Origin: Octopus sinensis
Taxonomy: Eukaryota
Length of the DNA: 64,000 bases
Direction: 5' to 3'
Assembly: GCF_006345805.1 (NCBI RefSeq)
Contig: NC_043013.1
Coordinates: 1,612,001 to 1,676,000 of the forward strand
The position numbers and the translations under genes are program-made. The notes beneath the pieces were generated by a model. The model had not been told where the DNA came from. It worked only from the letters and a program-made list of their open reading frames with translations, and did no database searches. Positions 26,452-39,085 of this stretch are shown piece by piece. Numbering within the stretch: position 1 is the first letter of the stretch; each line of letters begins with the position of its first letter.

Positions 26452-27789
26452 TTAATTATCCAGGGTCGGAGGTGGACGGTCTTGGGAAATAGATTTGTCA
26501 AAATCCCGTCTCACCACCGACACAGAATTATCAGGTGGAGGGGGAATCTCCACCTTTTCCTTTTCTCGCGGGATCGGAGCTGGTAATCCATGAAATATCG
26601 ACTTGTTAAAATCTAATCTCAATGAAGATACAGTCTTTCTGTACTTATTTTGTAGAATTCTATAAGTCTTATTTGAGACTTCATATATGTCGTAATTGAT
26701 AAATTCCTCTGAAAGGTTATCAATTTTTTTTACAGTCTTTATGAGTTGAATGTCTCTCATGAGCTCAGTATCTTTAGTGTATACGGCTATTATGCCTTTT
26801 TCTTCTGTTTCTCTTCTGGCAGTCTTTTTTGGTCGTTGTTCTGTAGTAGTCGCCGCTCTCGGCTGGGTTGCTGGTTGTATTTTTCTTTTGTTTGTTTTTT
26901 TCTCATCTGTTTCTTCTTTATCTTCTTCCTCTTTGTCTTTTTTCTCCTCTTCCTCCTCTTCTTCATTTTCCTTGCAGTTCCTTCGAATGTGGCCTAATTG
27001 ACCACATAAAAAACATCGAGGTTTTCGGCCCTCAACAAACACCACGAGGTTCTCCTCCCCTACCTCAATTGTCTCAGGAATTGTTTGAATTATTTTAGGG
27101 TCCGCTTGAATGAGAAGATTAATTGTTTTACCATCCCAGCGTGGGTTTTCCGTAGCGGTAGCCTGGAGGAGAGTAATTTTTTCTACCTCTTTGATTAGGA
27201 CTGCCGCCAACAACCACATAGGTTCGACCTCTGGCGGGACCCTTGTAATTTTTATTCGCGACGTCCTCATCCCCATATGATAGGGTATTAACTCCACGTC
27301 GTTCGTTTTCAACGTTTCCACTGAGTTCTTGTGTGCTATTTCTTTATTGGTGAACCTTACTTCCACCGTTCCGAATTTTTTTCCTCTTCTCAGAAATACT
27401 ACGTCGCCCAATATTGGCTTTAAGCACTTTTCTATTTTCTCTTCTGACATTCTTTCAATTTTTCTATTTTGTAGACAATATGTTTTGAAAATTATTGTTT
27501 TTTGCTTTTCTTCCTGTAATAACTTTTGCGGAGGTTCAATTTTCACACTGTTGTCATTTATTTCCATCATTTTGCTGTATTTCATAATTTCGCTTTTATT
27601 CGTCGACAGTATCTGGGTTCCACCCCCAGCAGCCAACGCAAAACTTTTTTTTCCATTTTTTGGTTCTATCTGGATGCTAGGCACATCAATTATTCTCTTC
27701 GACACAATGCCTTTGTTCTCTGGCCAAGTCGGAAACTCTTCTGTGTGAAAGTTCTGACGAGCTCTCAGACACATCTCCAAAAATATCAA
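26452..27789 (-). CDS. Tx1-like ORF1 protein (RRM-like region, zinc knuckle, acidic/basic tail)
   Basis: 445-aa ORF with CFLCGQLGHIRRNC; the true start may be further upstream (~27940) and disrupted. Confidence 0.85.
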   Translation of the reverse strand: MIFLEMCLRARQNFHTEEFPTWPENKGIVSKRIIDVPSIQIEPKNGKKSFALAAGGGTQILSTNKSEIMKYSKMMEINDNSVKIEPPQKLLQEEKQKTIIFKTYCLQNRKIERMSEEKIEKCLKPILGDVVFLRRGKKFGTVEVRFTNKEIAHKNSVETLKTNDVELIPYHMGMRTSRIKITRVPPEVEPMWLLAAVLIKEVEKITLLQATATENPRWDGKTINLLIQADPKIIQTIPETIEVGEENLVVFVEGRKPRCFLCGQLGHIRRNCKENEEEEEEEKKDKEEEDKEETDEKKTNKRKIQPATQPRAATTTEQRPKKTARRETEEKGIIAVYTKDTELMRDIQLIKTVKKIDNLSEEFINYDIYEVSNKTYRILQNKYRKTVSSLRLDFNKSIFHGLPAPIPREKEKVEIPPPPDNSVSVVRRDFDKSISQDRPPPTLDN

Positions 27790-28103
27790 ATATATTATCC
27801 TCTCTGCTATTCCTTCTTGTAGCGGGGGAAACCCCTATTCCTTGTCTGTAGTTGGCTCCTCGCCGGACATGTATTTCCTCCTCTCAACAGGAGAAACAAG
27901 TATTTCTGCTCCAACGGTAGGCTCCATGCTAGACGACATTCTTCCCCCCAAAGGGGGAATGAACAACGCGTGCTACCACAAGCACTAAGTGTTTTCAATT
28001 GAAAACTCCAACAGTTAAGTTATTCAACAGTTTAACAAGAAACAACAGTTGTTAACAATATTAACACCACGAAGCAGCAATTCTTACTTCACGAACACAT
28101 GTG

Positions 28104-28166
28104 CGGCAGACGAAATACGGCTACGCACTTCGCCCGACGTGCTAACGTTACTGCCAACTCGCCGCC
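28104..28166 (-). mobile_element. 5' head (A box) of the SINE interrupted by the LINE
   Basis: Minus: ggcggcgagttggcagtaacgttagcacgtcgggcgaagtgcgtagc-cgtatttcgtctgccg. Confidence 0.9.
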
Positions 28167-28559
28167 TTTCGAACAAAAATAATGCATGAGCTTAATTTAA
28201 AGAAATCATCATGTATTGCATGTTTTCGTAATACCAGATAAACCTAAGTACAAAAGATAATAAGCTAGTAGCAAATTGTGACTGCGTCATTTGGTGAAAT
28301 ATTTGATAAAATATATTAGTTATAATCACACTATGTAAATGTATTTAATAGGCGGGCATAGTAGATTAGATAGTAACATTTCAGCGCGTTGAGTAAACGA
28401 TTTGGTTAATGCAGTTACCTAGAAGTTCTGAGTTCAATCTGAAGCAAGGCACTAAAAAAATTCAACTGATGCCAATAACACAGCAACTGAATTCAATAGA
28501 AATGCAGCACAAGATATCTGAAGAAGGCTTGGAGTGATTCAACAAGTGCAACGTAGTGA

Positions 28560-28880
28560 AATCATCAATCAAGTTGAGGTCGCCAGTCCGACTAAAGTCG
28601 TTTCTCTAGTTCAGTCGTCTTTTGTGTTTTTAAGCAAAGAAGGAAACAACTGCCGAAAGAGAGAGAGAGCAACTCTACAACATTTGATTCCACTGGGAAT
28701 TTAGTGGGAATTGTGGTCATGAAAGATGAAAGACGAGATATAAGACCAATTAAGCACCTGCTGAGATGGTTTGAAAGTCTGGTTTGGTAACTTACAGTTC
28801 AAAAGTAGCATGGAGCTTCCGCAGAAAGCTACGTTGCTTGGAACAGCAAGTATTGTAAGGAAAGTCTTTGAGACCTGAAG
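28560..28880 (+). mobile_element. R4/Dong-like LINE 3' remnant
   Basis: ELPQKATLLGTASIVRKVFET*, matching the C-terminus of the 57-59 kb element (EVQKIVLMGTAHILRKIL). Confidence 0.55.
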
Positions 28881-29219
28881 CTCAATGAGAAATTATTCCG
28901 GTCTTTCACACAGAATAATGAAAATGAACAATCTGGTGTGTAATTATAGGGGAGGCAGGTAGTCAGTAAAATCCATATAAGTTATACTACTGGCGTTTAC
29001 TTCCCTAGTTGAGAGTGGATAATGCAAAACTAAGAAAATGCGAGCCATTGAAAGATTGGGAAAACTTCCAGCTAATAATTCAACTTGATCAATAGAGGAG
29101 CCTAGACTTTCAAGAATCTTCATGCTGTCTCAAAATTGAGATTCGTTAAATTTGAATCCACAGTTTATACCTGTCTATCCATTGCCTCTGTCTATTCAAT
29201 GCCTCTGTATCCATTGCTG

Positions 29220-29257
<38 letters not shown>

Positions 29258-29287
29258 GTCTATCTATCTATCTACCTACCTACCTAC

Positions 29288-29347
<60 letters not shown>

Positions 29348-29418
29348 ACATATCTGTGTATATATGTATACGCATAACACACACACGCACATATGTACGT
29401 GCGTGTATGTGTGTGTAT

Positions 29419-29472
<54 letters not shown>

Positions 29473-30449
29473 GGTGGTAGTGTATGTATTTGCATAAATA
29501 AGCTGCACATTTCAATTTCACTTCTTCTAGTTTCACGTCTCCGATTGTCAAACAAAATCTGAACAGCGAAACAGAAAGCATTAAGAGGAATATTCAAGAA
29601 ACGAAAACAGAAAGAAATCAGTTGATTGGATTCTTGTGTAAAGATAAATGCGAACGAATCAAAGTATTTTAACACGAATATAAAAACGAAAATAATTAAA
29701 AGATCGATGACATTCAAACCTATTAAATGAAAGCATATTAAGACATTCACGGAACTTTCATTGACGCCATTCACGCCATTCACAGAACATAACTCAAACA
29801 CTGTTTGAACGTGATGAACGTGATGAATAGCCGGAAGTGGATTCAGTCGCTTTACCGGAAGTGGATTCAGTCGCTTTGCCTGAATTGTGTCGCTATTTTG
29901 GTTTTTTTTTCTTTCCTGGTTTCTAGATAAACGAAAACAAATATTTCTTTTTTTAATATACAATATTCATATATTATATTTATTTATTTTTGCTTATCTT
30001 TACATTTACATCTCATCTTATGTTTATCTGTTAACGGTTTGTAGTTGCATCATCCGATTTTTACAAAATTTGAGGTTGAAAAATATATTACGAAACTCTA
30101 CATTCAGTTTCGAGTACTCTCATTTTCCCTTCTTGTCTCTGCATCCCTTGAAGTCTTTGCTTTTAAGTGCTTGCTTTACACACACAAACACATACACACA
30201 TACGCACACACACGTGTGAATGCACACGCGTAACAAAGTGAAAGATAACCACTCCTCTCGTATGTATATCTGTATATTATGCGCATGCAGTTAAAAAATA
30301 AATGTATAAATATTTATATATGTATGAAACAACGAACATTGGTTGAATATAAGACCCGATGCATTCCCAGAATCTAATATTTATTAGGATTTAATGTACA
30401 ACTTTAAAAAGGAAACTTTTTTAAAGTCTTACCAATTATATACACATAT

Positions 30450-30690
30450 CAGGTGGAGGGTGTGGAAGCGGTGTTTGACTCATGATCGTAAGATTATGGT
30501 TTCGATTCCCTGACTGGGCGACACATTGTGCTCTTGAGCAAAACACTTAATTTCTCGTTGCTCCTGTCCACTCAGCTGGCAAAAATGAGTGAATCCTGCA
30601 AGGGACTGGCATCCCATCCCGGTGGGGAATATATACGCCATGGAAACCGGAAAACCGACTCTCATGAGCCTGGCACGGCTCGAGAGGAAA
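30450..30690 (+). mobile_element. tRNA-SINE with CORE-like and V-like central blocks
   Basis: ggtttcgattccc B box, tgtgctcttgagcaaaacactt, cctgcaagggactggcatcccatcc; related to 47645-47922. Confidence 0.6.
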
Positions 30691-30714
30691 ACACTTTATT
30701 TCTTTTCGCTTATC

Positions 30715-30914
30715 TTTTATTTTTTCCTAGTTTCAGCCATTAGATTGTGACCATGCTAAAAATTTAGTCGAATGAATCGACTCCAGTACATATTTTTGTG
30801 TTTTCTTTTAAACCTGGTATTAATTATATCTATTTCTTTTGTCGAACCACTAAATTATAGGACGTAAACATACCAACACTTGTCGTCGAGAGGTGTTGGG
30901 ACACACGCACACAT

Positions 30915-30981
<67 letters not shown>

Positions 30982-31160
30982 TATATATATATAACAAAGT
31001 GGAGTTGTAGGTACATATATATATATATATACACGACGGGGTTCTTTCAGTTTCCGTGTACCAAATGTATTCACAAAGCTTTGTCACGCAATGAGACTGA
31101 ATCCAGAACCATTTGGTCATGAAGCAAACTTCTTGCAACACACGGTTATGTCTGTGCCTA
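30715..31160 (-). mobile_element. CORE-like tRNA-SINE, diverged
   Basis: Similar to the 5946 family. Confidence 0.7.
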
Positions 31161-31769
31161 TTTCTTTTCGTTTAGAAGATAAAATTTGAAGAAATGAAGA
31201 TAGGAATGTAGGTTCATAAATGTATATATGTATATACACGCATGCAGAGACAGAGCGGGGGAGGATGAGTTGCATAGGTCTATATTGAGCCATATGACAC
31301 GATTGAAACCTAAAAAGATATGAGGGAAAATATTCAGATCCTAGACAGTGTGTGTGTGTGTTTAGGGAGGTTTAAATGTAAACGAATTTGAAGTCTGATG
31401 TCGGGGTAGCAGTGTCGGTGTTCTTACATATCCATTACGCAGGTAACAAGATGCGTTAGTTGGCTTCGTAGAGCTTTCAGAACGCATTCGACCATGATCT
31501 AAGGACAAATTTTCACTCGTGTTTACAATTTTCTAGTATATCTGGTTTAAAATTAATGTAGACATCTTGTTGCTTTCTTTGGAAAAAAAATCACTTCTAA
31601 TATTTTAGGCTTATATTATGAAAATAGCTTAACCACTTCCAATGATGCTACAGGATAGACATACTAGACAGAATCAGGAAGAACGTGATCCAAACCTTCA
31701 GTAATTTAGAGCTAAAATTCACTATAGTGAGATTTTAGAGTGCTTTCCATTAGCTCCCAAATATACATA

Positions 31770-31945
31770 CATACTGGTGTGTTTATGTCCCCGTCACTTA
31801 GCGGTTCAGCAAAAGAGACCAATAGAATAAGTACTGGGCTTACAAAGAATAAGTCCTGGGGTCGATTTGCTCGACTAAAGGCGGTGCTCCAGCATGGCCG
31901 CAGTCAAATGACTGAAACAAGTAAAAGAGTAAAGAGTAAAGAGTA
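31770..31945 (+). mobile_element. CORE-like SINE 3' half
   Basis: ggtgtgtttatgtccccgtcacttagcggttc...agtaaaagagtaaagag. Confidence 0.8.
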
Positions 31946-33696
31946 TATGGTTGTCCTAGAAGGAACGTTGTTACTGTTCATTAACCCCAAGAAGCATCGT
32001 TTCTAGCTGGCTATACGACACACTGTGTCCTTATATTTTCGAACAGCGAAATCTAAATATTCGAACCGTGAATTCAGCAGCGCCATCTGGCCAAGCAGCT
32101 ACTCTGTGTTGATAAAGGGCATTAACCCTGAAACTAGTCCACAGATGTTGCTTTGTGCCAGGTGGGGATGCTGAATTCCTTGTTCGAAATTATACAATGA
32201 CACAGATAGTGACTCGTACAGCCAGCTAGAAACGATGAAATGCTGTTTCTTGAAGCTAAGGAATAGTAACAACATCCTTTCCAGGACAGCCATATTATGT
32301 TGGCAGTTATCTTTTACTTTAAAGAATTGTTACGGAATGTCTCTCTCTCTCTCTCTGAGAGTTTTAGAAATAATAGTATTCTACATGTGTGTGTGTGTGT
32401 GTGTAGTTGAAATTTACAAAAAAAATAAAAGACGAAGACAGGTGTATAATCAACAAGCAGGTGTAATAGTTTGACGCTCAGGAAGATGAGAAAGTCTTTT
32501 ATGTTTCGAGCCTACGCTCTTCAACAGAAAGGAACTCAAGGAATACATATATTTAGAAAATAATGTGTTTATCTCTGCAGTGAATAAACTAGAAAGTTAA
32601 ATACATGCACAGAGACACTCATATATAATGAAGTAGAGTCTAATATAGTTAATCGAGAGATCCGAAATAATTTTTTAATTATTTAAAATTACATCTATAA
32701 TGAACAAAATTCTTCAAGGCGTTGCCCCAGTATGGCCACACTCCAATGACAGAAAGAAGTAAGAAATAAAAAAGGACAAATAAAGCTGTTGTCATTAAAA
32801 TATTTATTAATCTTCTTAAGTCATGAACGTTATTCAATGAAATCCATTAAGTCTTTCTCATCTAAAACTCGAAATAAAATGTCCACGTAACAGGAAAGGA
32901 ATTTTAAACTAATTATAGATAGAGATTGATTTGAATTTAAGACTGGTAAGATAACTGTAATTATAAATGTTTCCATTTGCCCATAACACGAAAAAAAAAC
33001 GGCCAATAAAACTTTCAATTAATGCAAAATTCTTTCTAAAAAAACTACCGAAGAACCATAACAAAAAAAACCCCAAAAAACAGTTAAATACTTAGATTAA
33101 TGGAAACTGTCATCTTCAGCAGTCATTATAATGTAACAGTATAACATCCAATATAATAATTACTGCTTTCTGCTAATTGCTAATCAATATCAGTAAATTA
33201 AGTTCTTATCGTCAAGCAGTCATAACGGAAAAGCCATTTTTAATCCAACCAATCACTTGTTTATGGGATTAGTGGACCAGCTCTAAATGTAGCTACTGGG
33301 ACGCCTTATTCCGTGCTTTTCCTTTCTAGAGACGATTCCAAAAGAGTTACAAAGCTCCGTCGTTGGATTGTGGATAACAAAAACAAATCGATATTTTAAA
33401 CTTGAAAAAAGTCTTGCATGTTTTTACTGTTCCAATTACAGATTGCAGTATGTATGTCTCTTCTATTTTCTAATTATTATAAATCTTCCACTGAGAAAGG
33501 AGCCAGTTTCCAACAAAGTTACAAGGCTCCATCTTTGGGATGTAATTAACACAGACAAATTCACATTCGGAACTTGAGAAAAGTCTTACATCTTTTTACT
33601 GTTCCACTCACAGATTGCACTTTTACGAATTAGCCGGTCGATTCCTCTTTCTGCAAATCCCAGTTTATCCAGATTTTCCAAAACCTAGTGCTCCAT

Positions 33697-33807
33697 ATGT
33701 ATGTATGTATGTATGTGTATGTATGTATGTATGTATGTATGTATGTATGTATGTATGTATGTATGTATGTGTGTGTGTGTATGTATGTGTGTGTGTATGT
33801 ATGTATG

Positions 33808-33841
<34 letters not shown>

Positions 33842-33885
33842 TGTATGTATGTATGTATGTATGTATGTATGTATGTATGTATGTA
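33697..33885. repeat. (TATG)n microsatellite
   Basis: Direct reading. Confidence 0.95.
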
Positions 33886-34137
33886 CCTGTTCCACTCCAA
33901 TTAAAATTTTTATTCGCATATTTAGCAGCATTAGTGGCTAACAGTGAGCTGTATAGAAATTAGCTTATCGAATTTCTTCGCAGCATCGATATGGGAAAAG
34001 TGTGTAACATTTGACGCCAATAATTATTTAATTCTTCTCATCGTACACCGTCCACTTTTTGTTCTTTACACCTGCCACTCACTGCTTCAAGCTTACAAAC
34101 TTCCTATACTCGGATCCCCAGATAGTAAATATATATA

Positions 34138-34912
34138 CAGGGTGCGATGGGTAAATGTCGCCATATCATATTTTGAATTTCGTGCATGCGCATTGTTTTT
34201 GATTTTGTCGATTACACAGTATAGTAGGGTCAGTTTGGCACCGTCTGCCAGAAATTTGGAAACGACATGCTGTACTGCTTGGCATTTACTCCGGAAGCTC
34301 CAATACGAACATTTCAGAGTGCTTGTGTGTTAATCTGAGGATATGTACCGAGAAGGATAAAAATCAAACGTCCAGTCAACATCATGGTGTTTGGAATGAT
34401 CACTAGTGATGGCGACGTTATGCCCCCATTCATCTTCTCACATGATATCAGGCTCAACATAGAGGCCCTGGGTCAAGGGGGTGACTGCTGGAAGACCCTA
34501 TGTCTGATTGCAGGACTCTGCACCAGGCCACACAAGCTGGATAACCCATTCTTGGCTGTCAGACAATTTCTGCAACCACACCACTCCTAACGTCTGGTCA
34601 CTTAACTCCCCAGACTGCAACCCCCTTGATTATTATGTGTGGGGCACAATTGAGCGAGAGACCAACAAAACTCTTTGTAACACCAAAGATGAACTGAAGG
34701 CAAGACTTATGGCAGCATTTACCAACTTAAACCAGGAGAGTGCCCAGAAGAGTTGCAGGAGATTCCGAAGTCGTCTGGGAGGCCGTGGTTGGAGCCAATG
34801 GCGGTTTTATAGAATAAATTGACTCTTTAGTATTTCAAATCTGTTAAAATGAGATGTCAGTGTTATTTTCATTTTTGCGTAATTTAGATGACAGTTTATT
34901 CCCCGCACCCTG
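34138..34912 (+). mobile_element. Internally deleted Tc1/mariner DD37D (maT-like) transposon
   Basis: TA-CAGGGTGCG...CGCACCCTG-TA ends; MVFGMITSDG; QDSAP...NSPDCNPLDYYVWG with 37 residues between the Asps. Confidence 0.85.
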
Positions 34913-35455
34913 TATGTATGTATGTATGTGTGTATGTGTGTATGTATGTATGTATGTGTGTATGTATGTATGTGTGTATGTATGTATGTATGTGTGTATA
35001 TGTGTATGTATGTATGTATGTATGTATGTATGTATGTATGTATGTATGTATGTATGTATGTATGTATGTATGTATGTATGTATGTGTGTATGTATGTATG
35101 TGTGTATGTATTTATGTATGTATGTATGTATGTATGTATGTATGTATGTATGTATGTATGTATGTATGTATGTATGTATGTATGTGTGTATGTATGTATG
35201 TGTGTATGTGTATGTATGTATGTATGTAGTGTGTATGTATGTATGTGTGTATGTATTTATGTATGTATGTATGTATGTATGTATGTATGTATGTATGTAT
35301 GTATGTATGTATGTAGTATGTATGTGTGTATGTATGTATGTGTGTATGTATGTGTGTATATGTGTATGTATGTATGGTGTGTATGTATGTGTGTATGTAT
35401 GTATGTGTGTATGTATGTATGTGTGTATGTATGTGTGTATGTATATATGTATGTA

Positions 35456-35486
<31 letters not shown>

Positions 35487-35610
35487 GTATGTGTGTGTAT
35501 GTATGTGTGTATGTATGTATGTATGTATGTATGTATGTATGTATGTATGTATGTATGTATGTATGTATGTATGTATGTATGTATGTATGTATGTATGTAT
35601 GTATATATAT
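34913..35610. repeat. (TATG)n/(TG)n microsatellite
   Basis: Direct reading. Confidence 0.97.
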
Positions 35611-36439
35611 ATAGTGTGTGTGTAACACTTGAAAGGAAAACAACTGTCATGAGGTTTCGAACGCCAGTTTTTCTTCAGAAGGAAAAAAATGAAAGGAAGT
35701 AAGAAGAGAGCAAGAGAGAGAGAGAGGGGAAGAGGGGCGAGACAGAGAAAGGAGGAGAGAGAGAGGGAAGAGAGAGAAAGAGAAAGTGGAAGTGAGTGTG
35801 CGAAAAAATTAGAATGATGGAGTATTTGGAGGAAGAGGGTGCGGGAAGGTGAAAGTTTGAGAGCGCCAGGGAATATCATTCTATCAAGGGAGGTGGGATG
35901 GGTGTGTAGATGTGAGAGAGCCTGTAGGGTGGGGGTGGGGATGGTCTTTGTGCGAGTGTTTAGTGCGGTGTGTGTGTGTGTGTAGAGGCGTGTGCCGGTG
36001 TAAATTTGGCGGCGTCAGGTGTGAGCGTGTGAGAGATATCAGTTTGTAATTGAGTTTGGTGAGTAGCATGAAAGCGCGTGTTTGAGAGACGGTGCGTGTG
36101 TGTGCAAGTGAATATGTCGAAAATAAAGTGTAGGCCGGTGTGGAGAGATTGAAAGTGTGTGTGTGCGGTGAACGATGGTGTGAGTGAATGTGTGTGTGTA
36201 TGTGTGTGTCAGTGTGTGTGTATGTGTGTGTGTGCGTGTGCGTGTGTGTGTGCGTGTGTGTGTATAATTCAAAAACATGTAATAGTGGAAGAAATGGGGA
36301 CTTCACTGAAATTAATGTGTAAAGTGGGAAGTGTTGCTGAAAAGCAAAAAAAAAAAAGATATTCCTTGTGGGGTCGTGCGTTAGAAAGAAATTACGAAGA
36401 GAGGAAAAATTTAAGCCCGAGAAGTTTAAATCCAAGTCT

Positions 36440-36555
36440 AAGAATGCCTTTTATCCTTTCGGAGTCTATAAAATAAGTACGAGTTGAGTACTGGGTTCAA
36501 TGTAATCGTCTAGCCCCTTTCCCCAAAATTTTGGGGTTTGTGCTTATATTAGAAA
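36440..36555 (+). mobile_element. Tail-A SINE 3' fragment
   Basis: ttatcctttcggagtctataaaataagtac...ccccaaaattttgggg. Confidence 0.6.
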
Positions 36556-37192
36556 GGAATTTTAATAGGCTTTCTTCAAAACATACACGGAAAATCTGTT
36601 TTTACTCCAAATTGCATTCTGCACGTAAGCCTGGTCGCATGATGACACTCTGTACTCGACCCCAAAATGGGTTCACCTCCGTTGAAGATGTAGTATATAT
36701 TGAGGAAGTTGCAAATAGGTTCTGTACGACTTTCGATGAGTTCTGTACGAAAGAAAAGGATGAAAGACTAGGTTCTTTTCACACAAGAGAGTTTGAGCGA
36801 TCTGGTGAGGCAATTAGAACCGTCAAGAGACGAAGTAGAAATTCCTAACTCTTTCTGGACAGAAAGACACTTTATGTGAAGAAAATGAAGTAATGAGTTG
36901 CTGTCGAAAGCGAAATTTTGATTCAACAATTCATTTCAAAGTGGATGGTCTCCGCTCCTAGTAACTATGATAATGATCGTTTTGCAAGTTTATTTCAAGG
37001 TCACGCTATAAGCAACTTAAAACTAAACAGTCATCAGCATGAAATTTAAAAAAATGTTTTATTGCATTAAGAAAATTAAAAACTGTTTAAGCTCATCGCT
37101 TATTTGCTATATTTAAATGAATTTTCTATGAACGTGAGGCGCTTTTTATTTCAATATAACGAGCTTCAATAGAATCTCTGAGGTTATCTTAA

Positions 37193-37392
37193 CCCTGTTA
37201 GGTGCAACGTCTTTGCTGGATTCCTAGTAAAATGGTAATGGAACAACAAACATAAACAAATAGCTTCTACCGATTCTGTCCATTAGTTTGTCTGGAATCG
37301 TTATTCTTGAACTGTATATACAACTATTTATCTTTCTGCTCAGAAGCCAAGTGGAAGGTAGAGTTAGACACCGAGTCCTAGATCTGAGAGGG
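37193..37392. mobile_element. Possible piggyBac-type MITE
   Basis: TTAA-CCCT...AGGG-TTAA ends (TTAA at 37189-37192 and 37393-37396). Confidence 0.4.
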
Positions 37393-37573
37393 TTAAAATA
37401 ATTATTACGCTAATGAGCATGTAAAGAGGATTCACTAATCACTGATGCTTTCCATGTCTGTGGGACAGCCATAGGAATTATTACAGAATAGAGAGACCAA
37501 CCGACTCATCATATATGAAGAATTAACATTCAATGAGTTCCTTTGCTGGATATGATGAAAATATTCTTATTAT

Positions 37574-37975
37574 TGAAATAATACATTTCTAAATCTCTCA
37601 GCGACATTTATGCAGTAGCAGCACGATAACATGATAGTATGTGGTCAACTTAATGTGGCAGTCCCATGAAAGGGAAGAATGCTACTGTTATTTAGCCCCA
37701 GGAAACATCGTTTCCTGTTGGCCATGACACATTTTCTGTGTCCTTATGTTTTCAAAGTGGAGATAAGGACCTCCACCCAGCAGAGCCAGCATCTAGAGAC
37801 TAGATTCAGAGTCATTGCTCATTATCAGTCTGGAGTAGCATGGCTTGCTACCTGGAGATGCTTGTTCTTCCCTTTCATGGGACTGTCACATTAAGTTGAC
37901 AACATACCATCATTCTATCGTGCTGCTACTGCATAAATCTCTCTGAGAAATTTAGAAATGTATTATTTCTATTTT
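37574..37975. repeat. Fold-back with ~105-bp inverted arms around a ~185-bp spacer
   Basis: 37575-37679 is the reverse complement of 37866-37970; spacer recurs inverted at 41230-41405. Confidence 0.85.
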
Positions 37976-39085
37976 CGAAATCAGTGAATATATATATATT
38001 TCAAGTGAATGTATTTCACTTGAAATATATATGTTTTCAAAGGTGAATAGGCATCGACAGCTACGAAGCCACGCCTTTTTGTTGTTTTTGGGGAGTGGTC
38101 TAGCCGAATTGTTTTTTTGTTTTTTTTATTTTGCAAAGCCGCCATTGTTGGGTAGTAGTGAAACAATTGAAAAAATGAAGAGTTACGCGGAAGCTACTGG
38201 AGGTCGAGATGCTGTAGACCCACGTATGCTGAAGCCGATGAGCATGGAGCGGAATGAAGGGAAGATAGCAAAATAATATGGCATGATAAAAAAAAGAAGG
38301 GTCAAACATAAAAACGATCCTGCCTGAGGAGGAAAAATGAAAAATGGAAAGCAGGAAGGTGATATTTAGAACATTTTCGAGTGAAAATAGGAGAATAGAA
38401 CACGCGCCGCATGAAGAGAGAGGAAATCTTGAAGGAACGAATGGGTAAAGGGATAACTTTCTTTACAAGAGGAAGGAAATACGCGACTATAATAGTAACC
38501 TTTGCATCAGAAGAGGAGGCGAAAATGAATGACAAGAGACTGATACTGGGAGAGAAGTGGACGTTGATGCCGAACTGTTTGGGCAAAAGAATCGTCAGGG
38601 TCAGGGTGGGAAGAATCCTACCGCCGATAGACCCCGAATTGGTAATAGTCGCAATTTTTAATTCAGAGCTGGTGAAGGGAAGTGAAAGCCTGGAGATTTG
38701 CATAGTAAGCAGAACTCAACTATTGAATTGATGGGGGCATGGTATTGAAGTAATTTGCGCGGTAAGGCCAGAATATTACTACGAAATGGTGGAAACTGTG
38801 GAATTACCAAACGGTTAAAGATTGGGGATCTTTTCTATTCTGAAGCCAGTTTTTTCAAATTTTTCCTACTGAACCAAACAATTTGAAACTTCGTATACTG
38901 GTAGAATGTGTCAAAAGTAAACTTAATTGTAAACCAGAATGAAAACGGAATTGTAACTTCTAAGTTTAACGTTGTTTAATAATTAGAATTTTAACCAATG
39001 ATATTCCGTCATTCGGCTTTATTTTATTTACTCCGTCTCGACCACCAATTTCGTGACGTATTAAACATCTTAAATGTAAACAAGC

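Larger units (their letters stand above)
22797..28103 (-). mobile_element. Near full-length Tx1/L1-clade non-LTR retrotransposon with 16-bp TSD
   Basis: ORF1 with CCHC knuckle; ORF2 with APE, RT and CCHC; TSD cggcagacgaaatacg at 22781-22796 and 28104-28119. Confidence 0.93.
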
